Positions 1-14,164 of a stretch of DNA of 64,000 bases are shown here, piece after piece. The DNA is taken from positions 257,360 to 321,359 of the forward strand of contig JAPDFW010000088.1 of the NCBI GenBank assembly GCA_028826165.1, read 5' to 3'. This DNA is from Anaeramoeba ignava BMAN (lineage: Eukaryota; Protista; Anaeramoebae). The notes beneath the pieces are model-generated. The model was not told the origin of the DNA. It did no database searches and saw only the letters and a list, made by a program, of their open reading frames with translations. Position 1 is the stretch's first letter, and every line of letters begins with the position of its first letter. The position numbers and the translations under genes were made by a program.

Positions 1-3000
1 TACGATATTTCAACACAAAATGAAGTATTCTGTTAAAATTGTTCTTTTTGGAATCAATTTCTTGATTTTGATTATTCTTGCAAAATTTTGGATCCGATTT
101 GGATCGTGATTCAGGATTAAACGGGGAAATTGAGGCCAAATTCAACCAGAGATTGGAAAGATACTCTGGGAAATACTTCTGTTCTTCCATTTCAAAAAGC
201 GTGATTTCAAGGAGAAGACTGAGAAATTTTTTTGAATACAATCTCGAATTTTTGGAAGAAGAAATCGAGAAAATTTTGGAATGATCCTCAATGCAAATCT
301 CAGCACTTGTGAGTGTGATGTTGCGTATCCAATCAATAAGAAGACGATAAAGCCACTTCCTTCTTCTTGGCTCCAAAAACAAAATGGCAGCTCTTTTCTG
401 TTCCAAAATTCTGCTGAAAACCTCATAGAAAATATAGCCTGTCAACGGCGAACAAAAATTGGCAAATAAACAGTTGATTTGGTTCGCGTTTTTCTTGAGA
501 ATAGTGATGTTGTTTGTGTCGATCGATGTCTGGAAACTCGACACTTTTCGCTGGAAATCTAAAACAGTTGGTAATTTTAAATCAATCATGGAAATTTTCT
601 TTTCCTGAAGCTTCTTGTTCTTGGATTGCAACTTCTGGATCTCAAACTTGATCTGGGCAACAAAGACAGGGATCATCCTGACAAGTGAAAGAAGCGCTTT
701 TTGGCGTATTTTTGGGTTCAGATGGTAAAGATTGACAAGCAAAATAACAAGCAACGAATTGGAGTATCTTCTTGCAATCGGAAATAGATCTGTGATAAAG
801 TGCTGGACACCTCCTTGGGGATAGCTGTTGGGTGCGTCGATATTGTATTCTGAAATATTATTATTATTATTGTTATTATTATTGTTATTGTTATTATTTG
901 TATTTGTGTTTGTATTTGGGATTGAATCAATAAGATCCAAATTTCCAAATTGATTCATATTTTTTCCCATCCCAAAACTTGTGCTTGTGGTTGTCATTGA
1001 GTCAGTGAATTCTGCGTTAATTGAGTGCGAAATCTCGCTTTCGTCAGGAGAGGAATCCGAAGACATGAACTCAAACTCGGACAATGTCTGAAGAGTGGAT
1101 TTATTTGATTTGAATTTTGCTCTTGATTTTGTTTTTGTCAAAAGTTGTCTTATGGGTTGCTTTTGATTGACAACTTTGGGCTCTTCGTTTGGGTTCTGGA
1201 CATGGAAATGGGAAAACAAAAGATTGAACAGCTCAAGATTCTGTGAGAAAGTGGATGTATCTGGGAAAAATTCAATGATAAAATCACAAAGCGGAACAAA
1301 AAAATTATTTGATTCCTCTTTTTTGCCCTTATAAGAATACAGAATATAAAGTCTCAGAAGCTCGCCAAAGTGGAATGCCAGAAGCGTCTTGAGCATTGAG
1401 TGACCTTTCCGCTCAGAAACCATGAACCACTCTTTGGTTTCCTTGTCAATATCGCCTGTAAAAAGCTTTCCTATTTTGAGCATCTTCTCAACTGCAGAAT
1501 GCGCACTTGTTTGGATTGCAACAATTATTGCGCGTAATTTGTCTTCTGTTTTTTTTGCTAGTTCAAGTTCTTTGATTTTGCCGGAAATTCGGATTGTTTC
1601 TTGATCGAGTATTTGAAAAAGCAGAACGGGCTCATTGCCGCTGTGTCCCGAGCATGTCTTGAGAAAACGGAAGGTTTGAAGTCGAGATTCCTGGATCCAA
1701 TACTGATGGATCTCCTGGACAGAGCGGGATTTTTGTGCTGTTTGGGATTGTATTTTAAGAAGAAGGTTTCCGAAGTTGTTGGCAATTACACAGTAGTTAA
1801 GTAAGTGTGATAAAAAGCTTCCCAGATCGTTCTCGTCGTTGAAGAGAGGCAAAGGTGCAGAGGGTTGTTTTTTCTGAACAGTCGTGTTCTTTGTGATCAC
1901 TATATTGATCCACTCGCGCAAAAAGCGTTCTTCATCAGAGATAAAATTGGTCAAAGTGGAGCACACTTTCTTTTCTTCTAAAACGGCCATATATAAATTT
2001 GGGTTTTGTGAGAGCACAACGACAATCGAGGAAATCTGGGCATAAACTTGCATAAGCTCACTTTGTTTATTCTTGTTTGTCAAATTGGGGATTGTTTTGA
2101 TCCACGCCTTGAGCCGTTTTATCACAGATCGCGCGTTCGAGATGTGTGTGCATCCAGTAACAAGCACAACAAACCGTCTTTTGCGCACATCGGAGTCGAG
2201 CATGTGCTTCCATAGATCGGGGAGTATTTTCCTTATTTGGTCTCGCGACTCAACAACCTTTCCCAAATGGACAATTTCCTTGTTTGTGTTTCCTTCGGAA
2301 AGAAGCGAAAGCATGTCAACTTTTTCGCGGAAAAATCGAGTTGAAAATGGCAGGTTTTCCCCGTCAAAAGCTTCGTCTTTCATCTCGTATTGTGGCAATA
2401 CGGAATTTTCTTGATCGACCCCAATTTTTTCGAAATTTTGTGACAGTTTTTTTTCGTTAGCTGTCAAATCTGACAACTCTTCTTTTTTCTCTTCGTTTGT
2501 TTCATCTTCCTTTTCCTTGATGGAAACCTCCTCACTTTCCTGGAGGGAGATTGTGTCTGGATTCTTTGTGAGCTTGAACCCTACAAGAGATAGCAGCAGG
2601 GCGAACAGAAAGCACAAATGAACGAAAATTGTATCCGGAATTTGGGAGACGGAAACAGAGAGGATCGCGCGAATACGGCGATAGATCATAGGTTTGACGA
2701 GGGTGATCACAGCAATCCTTTCGTTCTCGATACAGAGCTTCCCGATCTCCGAGAGCGCGACTGTCCATAGTAAATGGAAAGAGCTATACGCGAGGTTTTT
2801 GAGTGTTATACTCGGCAGTATCCCCGCACCGTATTGCTCTGTGTCTGGCATGAACCCGCAGTTCAGGTAAAGTAGATATGCGCTGCGCACTCTGTCCTCG
2901 ATATATGTCTGATTGCGGTCGATAAGATCCCAGACAGAAATGCAAGTGAGAGGGGAAAATATTTTTTGGATCGCGTGAGATTTTTTGAGAATTGATAAAG

Positions 3001-5777
3001 AAATCCCTCTTATAATTGCAATAGGATGACACAAGTTGACAAAAGCGACAGCGTCTGCGTTCTTGAAGATTTCTTCCTGTAAATGCTCGCCATCGGATAC
3101 TTTCTCTGTGTTTTGTTCTGCTATCAAAAGATTTTCGAAAATTCCCAAAAAATTTTCAATATGCATTAAAACTGTCATCAAGGAATGATCGTTTTGGAAA
3201 TGTGGGTTCACACTGAGCAGCAGAAGATTCTCAAGCACCAGCAGCCGCACTTGCGGTTTCTCTGCGAATATCCACTGCAAAAAATGCGAGCACAGAGTGG
3301 CAAGTTCCTCGTCCGGATGGCACAAATTCTTGAGCAAATTACGGACAATTTGCAACTCCTGGTAGCTCTCCTCCAGAACACTCATAACATACGGTAATAT
3401 CATCACAAGCTCTTTATAAAGATCTCCCCAGAGATGCTGGTTCTTTTGGTCGTGGAGATTCTTCAGAAAACACTTGCCGTTGTTGCGGAAAATCGACGTA
3501 AAATCTCCATTCACAAGCGTTTTCACTGCGAAATTGTCCTTGCTAATATCCTCTCCAAGAACATCTTTCTTCACAGTCTCCCGCCATTTCTGCACCGTTT
3601 CAAAAACTTCTTTCTGGTACATGACATGTCTTTGTTTTTTGTGCTTGATTTCTTGATAAACATCGTGCCATCTCTGCCAAAGCTCTCTTGTCTTGTTTGC
3701 GACAATAAATCGATCTGGATTTGGCGAAGTGAACCACAGAATCATCTTGTTCCTCCCGAGCACAGAAACTCCTACGCGCGAGTCGCATTGGATCATGAGC
3801 GTTTGGACGATATTTCCAATGTTCTGTTTTAGACCCTCGTAATCATTCTCTTCAAATCCCTTTTCTTTATTGAATTGATGCAACTTCGGTGTGCTTAAGA
3901 TCCGAAAAGAACGGATTGCGCAGAGGTATTGTCCAACTGAATTGCTTCTCTTCAGCAAATTTGGGATTGCTTGTTTCCAATAAAGATTAAGAAAACGACT
4001 TCCAATTAACCCAAGAAGAATCGACAATTTAACTGGAAAGGAGTTGAAATCAATTGGTGATTTTTCATTAAAAAGAACGCTCATTATTTTTTTAATTTGC
4101 TTCTCTGAATCATCTCCGGCTATTCTTGCTTTACTCAAGCATTTTACTTTGTTTTCAGAAAAAATTTTTCAAATGTTTTTTGTTTTCAATTAATTATTTT
4201 AATTTTTTACATGAAATGTTTTTTCTAATTTCAAATTTCATGTAGAAAAATTTACTTTCTTGTTCAAAAACTTTTTTTTCCAATTTTTGAAGATAAATAT
4301 TTGGTTTTTTTGCTTTTAGTTTTGCGATCCATGTAAATTTTTTTTGGAAACAACCACGAAGAAAAATAATAAAAGAGGAAAGGCAATAATCTCTTTTTCT
4401 TTCAATTTTTGTTCTTGAAAGAATTTTGGAGTCAAAAAAAGAAGGAAAGGTATCAGTATAAAAGATTTCAGATGAACGAATAAGAATAGAAGTCATGAGT
4501 TTATAGCAAATGGGTTTTAATTGTGCATGTTTCGATGATTTTGCTATTAATTGATATAAATATTCGACAACTGAAAATAAATGTTGATGTGATCCCGATG
4601 AAAAGTCTAATTGTGATATGATGTTGTATAATGCTTTGAGTTGAACTAATCGATACTGAACTTTTTTGTAACTTTTCATCATTTTGATATGCATTGTTAA
4701 TGCTTTTGAAATTGTTTCATCATTTACATTCTTAATTTTCATTTTAATTTTCATTTTAATTTTCATTTTAATTTTTATTTTCATTTTAATTTTTAAATTC
4801 AAATTTATTTACAGTAAATCGAATTTTTTTTATTGATTGATAATAAGGAATAATTTGTTCCATTTTAATTTTCTTTTTTGGATCAATTGCACTAAAAAAT
4901 CTTTTTAAAACTGAATCTAAATGATTAACTGATAATTGGCCGAGAACATAACTCCAATTTTGACGAATTTTATTTTGGAAGTAATTCCATAAATTTTGGC
5001 AAATTTTTCTAATATAAATTTAAATTTATTTTAAATTTTATAAATTTATTTTAATTTTAATTTTAATTTTAATTTTAATTTTAATTTTAATTTTAATTTT
5101 AAATTTAATTTAAATTTTAATTTAAATTTTATAAATGAATTTTAATTAAATTTTATAAATTAATTTTAATTTAAATTTTAATTTATCAACCTAGGAGAAA
5201 CTGGCTTGAAAAAACCAAAAGCAAATTCCCTAATAAGAGTAATTGTTCCTGCATCAAGACAATCAGGATCACTTTTACAAGAAGCCAAAAGAAATAAAAC
5301 AGTTTCAGAAACAAAAATATTAGCAATAGATTCAATAATATCCCAATCTCTAGAATCCTTATTAAAATTTGGCATATAACCAAGAAAAACATCAAAACTA
5401 ACTGGAGATTGTTGATTAAATTCAGAAGATTCATTTTTTTGTTCTTTGCTAAACGAAAGATAAGTTTGTGACAATTGGGGAAGAAATTTCAAAACAAGTT
5501 GAATTGCTGACGTTAAATGTGACTTTCCAATAACACAATAAGTTTCAATAAAATCTGTATAAAATTGACAGCTATGTGGAAATCTTCTCCAATGACAGGC
5601 AATAACTTCATCAGTTTTTTCGCTTTTGTTTTTGAATTGCATTGTTCGGATTTTATTGTTTGTTTTCTCAAAATTTAAACTGCATTCTTGTGCTAATGTT
5701 TTTTGAAAATTTGTTAATAAAGGCGTTAATGTTTCAACTGGCAAAATTACTTGAAAAGTTTCTAAATGTGTATTCAT
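1..5777 (-). CDS. Furry/Tao3 (MOR2-PAG1) family large HEAT-like scaffold; multi-exon, 3' end runs off the window start
   Basis: Manually spliced exons (about 5192-5777, 4813-5008, 4345-4730, 1-4120) give segments that align by eye with the Furry N-terminus: NWSYVLGQLSVNHLDSVLKRFF; VEYLYQLIAKSSKHAQLKPICYKLMTSILIRS; YLCAIRSFRIL; YEGLKQNIGNIVQTLMIQCDSRVG. The long last exon is absent from the ORF track, consistent with an ORF that has no stop inside the window. Confidence 0.6.
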
Positions 5778-6023
5778 GCCAATTTAAAAAAGTTTGAGAA
5801 AAAGAAAAAATGAAAAATTTTAATAATAATTTTCAATAAAAAAAAAATATAAAAAGATAAAAAATGAAAAATAAAAAATTAAAAAAAAATAAAAATTTTT
5901 TTTTTCTTTTTTTTTTTATTTAAAAAAATTGGGAAAATTAATTAGATTTCTTTCATTTGAATCCAAAAAAAAAAGCAAAAAAAAAATCGTTATTAATCTC
6001 TTTTTTTTTTTTTGTTATTAAAT

Positions 6024-9000
6024 TTAATTCTTTTCAACCAATTTTAAAATTGTATCTAATTCAAGGAATTTATCTGAAATTAAATCCAAAATTTGATTAT
6101 AAGATTCTAAAGATTTATCTAATTCAAGATCTAAATTATTTGATTGTTGAAATTGAGAAAGGAATTTAGAATCTAATTTTTGAAGTTCTGAAACATTTTG
6201 AGTTGTATCTAAATATACAATTTTATAATTAATTTTATAAATAATTTTATAATTAATTTTATATTTAATTTAATAATTAATTTTATAATTTAATTTTATA
6301 TTTAATTTTATAATTTAATTTTATATTTAATTTTATATTTAATTTTATATTTAATTTTATAAATAATTTTATAAATAATTTTATATTTAATTTTATAAAT
6401 AATTTTATAAATAATTTTATAAATAATTTTATAATTAATTTTATAAATAATTTTATATAATTTTTATATTTAATTTTATATTTAATTTTATATTTAATTT
6501 TTTATATTTTATATTTTATAAATAATTTTATAAATAATTTTATAAAATAATTTTATATTTAATTTTATAAATAATTTTTATAAATAATTTTATAAATAAT
6601 TTTTTATAAATAATTTTATATATAATTTTATAAATAATTTTTATAAAATAATTTTATATTTAATTTTATTATATTTTTTTATATTTTATTTAATTTTATA
6701 TTTAATTTTATAAATAATTTTATAAATAATTTAATTTTATAAATAATTTTATAAATAATTTTTTATAATTTAATTTTATATTTAATTTTATAAATAATAA
6801 TTTTATAAATAATTTTATATTTAATTTTATAAAATAATTTTATAAATAATTTATAATTTTTATAATAATTTTTATAATTTTATTTTTTTTTAAATAATTT
6901 TATATAAATAATTTTATAAATAATTTTATATTTAAATTTTTTATATTTAATTTTTTATATTTAATTTTTATATAAATTTTATATTTAATTTTATAAAAAT
7001 AAAATAAATAATTTTATAAATAATTTTATAAATAATTATAAATAATTTTTATAATTTTTTATAAATTTTATATTTAATTTTATAAATATTTTTAATAATT
7101 TTATAAATAATTTTATAAATAATTTTTATAAATTTTAATTTTATATTTAATTTTATAAATAATTTTATATTTAATTTTATATTTAAATTTTTATAATAAT
7201 TTTATAAAATAATTTTATAAATAATTTTTATAAAATAATTTTATTTTATAAATAATTTTTTTATAAATAAATTTTATAAATAATTTTATAAATAATTTTA
7301 TAAAAATTTTATAAATAATTTTTATATTTAATTTTTATAAAATAATTTTTTATATATTTTAATTTTATAAATAATTTTATAAATAATTTTATATAAATAA
7401 ATAATTTTATAAATAATTTTATATTTAATTTTATATTTAATTTTATATTTAAATTTTATAATTTTTATAATTTTATAATTTAATTTTATAATTAATTTTA
7501 TATTTAATTTTTATAAATAATTTTATATTTAATTTTATAATTATAATTTTTATATTTATAATTTTATTTTAATTAATTTTATATTTAATTTTATAATTTA
7601 ATAAATTATATAATTAATAAATTTTATAAATTTTATAAATAATTTTATAATTAATTTTATAAAATAATTTTATAAATAATTTTTATATTAAATAATTTTA
7701 TAAATAATTTTATATTTAATTTTAATTTAATTTTATAAAAATATTTTATAAATAATTTTTTAAATTTTATAAATAAAATAATTTTATAAATAATTTTATA
7801 AATAATTTTTTATAAATAATTTTTTATAAATAATTTTATAAATAATTTTATAAATAATTTTATAAATAATTTTATAAAATAATTTTATAAATATTTTTAT
7901 AAATAATTTTATAAATAATTTTATAAATAATTTTATAAATAATAATTTTATAAATAATTTTTATAAATAATTTTATATATTAATTTTATATATAATTTTA
8001 TAAATAATTTTATATATAGTTTTATAAATAATTTTATAAAATAATTTTATAAATAATTTTTATAAATAATTTTATAAATAATTTTTAAATAAAATAATTT
8101 TATAAATAATTTTAATAAATAATTTTATATATTAATTTTATAATTAATTTTATATAATTTTAATTTTATAAATAATTTTATAAATAATTTTATAAATAAT
8201 TTTATAAATAATTTTTTATAATTTTATAAATAATTTTATATTTAATTTTATATTTAATTTTATAAAAATTTTATATTTAATTTTTTTATATATAATTTTA
8301 TAAATAATTTTATAAATAATTTTATAAATATTTAATTTTATAAATAATTTTTATAAATAATTTTATAAATAATTTTATAAATAATTTTATAAATAATTTT
8401 TATAAATAATTTTTATATTTAATTTTTTATAAATAATTTTATATTTAATTTTATAAATAATTTTAATAAATAATTTTATAAATAATTTTATAAATAAATT
8501 TTATAATTTTTATAAATAATTTTATATATAATTTTATTAATAATTTATATATAAATATTTTATTTTATAAAATAATTTTTATAAATAAATTTTATAAATA
8601 ATTTTTTATAAATAATTTTATATTTAATTTTATATTTTTAATTTTATTTTATAAATAATTTTATAAATAAATTTTATAAATAATTTTATAAATAATTTTA
8701 TAAATAATTTTATAAATAATTTTATAAATAATTTTATAAATAAATAATTTTATAAATAATTTTATAAATAATTTTATAAATAATTTTATAAATAATTTTA
8801 TAAATAATTTTATTAATTTTATATTTAATTTTATATTTAATTTTATAAATAATTTTATAATTAATTTTTAATAAATAATAAATTTATAAATAATAAATAA
8901 TTTTATAAATAATTTTAAATAAATAAATAATTTTATAATTAATTTTTTATATAATTTTATAAATAATTTTATATTTAATTTTTATAAATAATTTTTATAT

Positions 9001-9896
9001 TTAATTTTATATTTAATTTTATAAATAAATAATTTAATAATTAATTTTATAATTAATTTTATATTTAATTTTATAAATAATTTTATAAATAATTTTATAA
9101 ATAATTTTATAATTAATTTTATAAATAATTTTATAAATAATTTTATAAATAAATTTTTTATATATAATTTTATTTTATAAATAATTTTATATTTAATTTT
9201 ATAAATAATTTTATAAATAATTTTTATAAAATAATTTTTTATATTTTTAATTTTATATTTAATTTTTATATTTAATTTTATATTTAATTTTATAAATAAT
9301 TTTATAAATAATTTTATAAATAATTTTATAAATAATTTTATAAATAATTTTATATTTAATTTTATATTTAATTTTATAATTAATTTTATAATTAATTTTA
9401 TAAATAATTTTATAAATAATTTTATAAATAATTTTATAAATAATTTTTGAAATAATTTTATAAATAATTTTATAATTAATTTTATAATTAATTTTATATT
9501 TAATTTTATAAATAATTTTATAAATAATTATTGAAATGGATTCATTTCAAAATTACCTTCTTTAGCTGAAACATCAATAATATTTTCTAAATCATTTATT
9601 TGCTTTAATCCATTAATTGTTTCATTTATCATTTCTTCATAAGATTGAAGAAGTTGTAATCTTGTTTGTAAATTTAAATCAGATTTTGAAGTTTTTTCTT
9701 TTTTCAATAAATCTTTATATTGATTAAGTTTAAGAGCAAATTCTGAAATAATTGGAAAATGTTCTTCTAATTCTTGTAATTCTTGAAGAAGAACTGCTAA
9801 CCAATTAACAAGATTTTCATTTGAATCCATTTCTTTGGGAATTACCCCAATAAATTCTTTTAAAGCATTTAATCTTTCTTGTAAATTATTTGACAT
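6024..9896 (-). CDS. DCTN3: Dynactin subunit 3 (p22/p24)-like, 174 aa, 2 exons (9557-9896, 6024-6208)
   Basis: Phase-1 GT..AG intron 6209-9556 joins MSNNLQERLNALKEFIG...RLQLLQSYEEMINETINGLKQINDLENIID to DTTQNVSELQKL...LESYNQILDLISDKFLELDTILKLVEKN*. This matches the DCTN3 pattern (KLQFILAEEQFI...[23 protein letters not shown]) in length and spacing. Confidence 0.75.
6220..9530. repeat. About 3.3-kb almost pure A/T satellite (TTTTATAAATAA / TTTTATATTTAA 12-mers) filling the DCTN3 intron
   Basis: Directly visible 12-nt periodic repeat with virtually no G or C. Confidence 0.95.
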
Positions 9897-10078
9897 AAAA
9901 ATAATAAAAAGAAAAAAAATGAAAAAAATAAAAATGAAAAAATAATTAATAATTTTGATGAAGAAAAAAATAATTTTTAGTAATTTTAATTTTTTTTTTA
10001 ATTTTTTTAATTTTTTTAATTTTCATTTTTTTCATTTTTTTCATTTTTTTGTTATTTAGAAAATAAATAAAAAATTAA
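9897..10078. promoter_or_regulatory. Bidirectional promoter with oppositely oriented tandem TTTTCATTTT (initiator-like) motifs
   Basis: aaaatgaaaa x2 next to the minus-strand ATG (9896) and tttcatttt x3 next to the plus-strand ATG (10079). Confidence 0.65.
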
Positions 10079-11371
10079 ATGTCAGGAAGAACAGTTCATG
10101 TTTCAAATGTTCCTTCACAATTTGATGAAAGGAGTATTGGAAATTATTTTGAAAATTATTGTGGACCAATTTCTCAAATTAGAATCGCAGGAAATCCAAC
10201 CCTTCCTTATCGTTTTTGTTTTATTGAGTTTAGAGATCATTCTTCTATTCCTCGTGCTCTTCAACTTTCTGGTTCAATTCTTGGTGACCGTTCAATTAAA
10301 GTTAGTGAATCTACTTCAGAAATTAAAGGTCCTCCTCCAGATCCTACAAAAGTAATTTCAAATTTATTATTTAAAATTAAAATCAAAATTAAAATCAAAA
10401 TTAAAATTCATTTATAAAATTAAAATTAAAATTAAAATTAAAATTCATTTATAAAATTAAAATTAAAATTAAAATTAAAATTAAAATTAAAATTTAAATC
10501 AAAATTAAAATTAAAATTAAAATTAAAATTAAAATTAAAATTAAAATTAAAATTAAAATTAAAAATAATATTAAAATTAAAATTAAAATTCAAATTAAAA
10601 TTAAAATTAAAATTAAAATAAAAATTAAAATCAAAATTAAAATTCATTTATAAAATTAAAATTAAAATAAAAATTAAAATCAAAATTAAAATTCATTTAT
10701 AAAATTAAAATTAAAATAAAAATTAAAATCAAAATTAAAATTCATTTATAAAATTAAAATTAAAATTCATTTATAAAATTAAAATTAAAATTAAAATTAA
10801 AATCAAAATTAAAATTAAAATTAAAATTAAAATTAAAATTAAAATTAAAAATTAAAATCAAAATTCATTTATAAAATTAAAATTAAAATTAAAATTAAAA
10901 TTCATTTATTAAATCAAAATTAAAATTAAAAATTAGCAACGAAGAATTGCAGTTAGATCTCAAGAGAAAATTCATAAAACTATTTTCGTTTCAGGTGTTG
11001 ACATTTCTGTAAATAAATAATTTTTTTTTTCATTTTAAAAAATTAAAAAATTAAAAATTAAAAATTAAAAATTTAAAAAGATCACAGAAGAGCAATTAGC
11101 TCAATTCTTTTCATCCTGTGGAACAGTTAGTGCTGCAAAACTTTGTGGAGATGTTCAACATTCAAAAAGATTTGGATTTGTTGAATTTACAAATCCAAAT
11201 TCAGTTCAAAAATCATTATTATTAACAGGAATGTATCTTGGTTATCATAAAATAAAGTAAACAATGTTTTGGAGATCAAACTCTCCAATAAAATGAAAAC
11301 AAAAACACAAAGCAAAAGCAATCTGAAAATAAATGGAGAATTCTCTTTTTAATAATAATAATAATAATATT

Positions 11372-11404
<33 letters not shown>

Positions 11405-12717
11405 TTTTAATAATAATAATAATAATAAAAAATAATTTAATAAAATAATAATAATTTCCAAAAAAAATTTAAACAATTTCCAAAATCAATTCAAAATCAA
11501 TTTCAAAAATCAATTCAAAAATCAATTCAAAAATCAATTCAAAAATCAATTCAAAAATATATTCCCAAAAAATATAACAAAAAAATACAATACAACAAAA
11601 AAATACAAAAAATACAAAAAATACAAAAAATACAAAAATACAATTACAATACAATTACAATACAAAATAAATCTCAACAAAATAAAGAGTTTATCCATCA
11701 AAATCCACAATTCAGAAAGCAAATTATGTTTCAAAATTTATTAACGAAAGTCTTTTCCGAACAATTTATATTGGAGGGGTTGATGTTTCAGTAACAGAAC
11801 AAAAACTAAAGGACTTTCTTACAGAAAATGAAGTTCGAGTCAAAAAAATTGTTCTTGCAGGAGATAGCACTCATCCAACAAGATTTGCTTTTGTTGAACT
11901 CGAAGATCAACAAGATGCGAATAGAGCACTAAGTTTATCTGGTACAAATCTTGCAGGAAAAGTTTTAAGGATTAATCACAGCAAAAATCCTATTCATTAT
12001 GCTCCTGTTGTTACAAATCCTAGAAATAATTCTTCTAATCCTTATCAAAACCAAGATCCAAATTTCAATCAAGATCAAAATCAAAATCAAAATTTTAATC
12101 AAAATCAAAACCAATTTTATTCAGAGCATCATATGCAACATCCACAACATCATTCGCAACAAATTTATAGATATCCAAATCAAAACCAAAACCAAAATCA
12201 AAACCAAAACCAAAACCAAAATTTAAATCAAAATCAAAATCAAAACCAAAATTTAAATCAAAATCAAAATCAAAATCAAAATCAAAATCAAAATCAAAAT
12301 CAAAATCAAAATCAAAATCAAAATCAAAATCAAAATCAAAATCAAAATCAAAATCAAAATCAAAATCAAAATCAAAATCAAAATCAAAATCAAAACCAAA
12401 ATTTAAATCAAAATCAAAATTTAAATCAAAATCAAAATTTAAATCAAAACCAAAATCAAAATCAAAACCAAAATCAAAATCAAAATCTTAATGATGATGA
12501 TCTTCAAACAGAAAGAAAACGTAAATGGCAACTTAATGATACAAATCAAAATATAGATAAACAAGAAGAAAGTGAAAATGATTCTGAAAATGATGTCGAA
12601 GAAACTCAAAATTATTTCCATGATACAAAATACAATGAGAATTATTCTTCCATTTCAAATCAAGATTCAAATCAAGATTCAAATATTAAACAACCAAGAA
12701 CTCAATCAAAGAATTGA
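10079..12717 (+). CDS. Three-RRM RNA-binding protein (CID8-13 / PABP-interacting-like RRMs) with a C-terminal poly-NQ tail; 4 exons (about 10079-10351, 10938-11008, 11081-11256, 11688-12717)
   Basis: RRM1 [26 protein letters not shown]; RRM2 [26 protein letters not shown]; RRM3 [29 protein letters not shown] junctions keep the frame. Confidence 0.75.
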
Positions 12718-12853
12718 ATTTTTTTGATTCTTTCTTTTCCTTTTTTTCCTTTTCAATTCAAAATCCTCTTTTTTTTTTTAATAATAAAAGAATTTAAAAA
12801 GAATTTAATTTTGTTTTTAATTTTGAATAAAGAAAGAAATTGAAAATTAAAAA

Positions 12854-14123
12854 TTAAAAGTTAAAAAAATTTGATTTTTTTTCAAATCTTTCTAAAATTA
12901 ATTTTCCATTTTCTTGAATATATTGATTATTTGGGAAATTATTCATTGCTTTTGGATAAGTTCAATTCCTTTTAAATTTCTAATTTCAATTTGATTTTCT
13001 ATTTATTTATTTTTTGAAGAAATAAATTGAAATTGGAATTAATTTTTTTGGATTTTTGATTTGGAAATAAATTGATTAAATATTTTTGATTAATAATTAA
13101 TAATAAATAATTGATTAAATTAATTTTATTCATTTTATATTTTATATTTACCATTATTATTATAAGCAATATTCCATAAAGCCCAACACCCATATTCTTG
13201 AATATTTTGATTATTTGGGAAATTATTCATTGATTTAATAATAAGTTCAATTCCTTTTAAATTTCTAATTTCAATTTGATTTTCTATTTTGATATTTTTG
13301 AAGAAATAAATTTGGAATTGAAATTAATTTTTTGGATTTTTTGGAAATAAATTGATTAAATATTTTTGATTAATAATTAATAATTAATAATTAATAATTA
13401 ATAATAAATAATTAATTAAATTAATTTTATTTAATATTTTATATTTTATATTTACCATCATTAATAGCAATATTCAATAAAGCTCTACATCCTTCTTCTT
13501 GAATATCTTGATTATTTGGGAAATTATTCATTGCTTTAATAATATATTCAATTCCTTTTAAATTTCTAATTTCAATTTGATTTTCTATTTTGTTATTTTT
13601 GATATTTTTGAAGAAATAAATTGATTAAATATTTTTAATTAATTAATGATTGATAATAAATAATTGATTGAATTAAATTGAATTAAATTAATTTTATTTA
13701 TTTGATTTTATATTTTATATTTTTATTTACCATTATTATTAACAGCAATATTCAATAAAGCTCCACATCCATTTCTTTGAATATTTTGATTATTTGGGAA
13801 ATTATTCATTGATTTAATAATAGATTCAATTCTTTTTAAATTTCTAATTTCAATTTGGTTTTCTATTTTATTATTTTTGATTTTTTGGAAATAAATTGAT
13901 TAAATATTTTTAATTAATTAATGATTGATAATAAATAAATAAATAAATAAATGATTAAATTAATTTTATTTAATTAATTTTATATTTTATATTTACCTTC
14001 ATTAACAGAAATATTAGTTAAAGCTCTACATCCATTAAATTGAATAACTTGATTATTTGGAAATTCTTTCATAGTTCTTATTGTTTCTTCAACAGATTCT
14101 TTTTGATTTTGATTTGAATTCAT
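12854..14123 (-). CDS. Small armadillo-like repeat protein, one repeat per exon (5 exons); probable 1-nt frameshift in the last exon
   Basis: Repeats of the form ENQIEIRNLKGIELIIKSMNNFPNNQNIQENGCGALLNIAVN, each bounded by tag| and |gtaaat in phase 1. Resembles LRRK2/aardvark-type ARM repeats. Confidence 0.7.
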
Positions 14124-14164
14124 TAACTTGTCTTTTTTTTCTTAATTTTTAAAAAAGGAAAAAA

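Noticed and set aside
78-3832. Numerous short ORFs on both strands in 1-3.9 kb
   Set aside because: Shadow ORFs of the single long minus-strand Furry-like exon, favoured by its higher GC
12945-12956. Premature stop in the last ARM exon implying a pseudogene
   Set aside because: One extra A in a 4-A run restores the repeat; error and real truncation cannot be distinguished without reads
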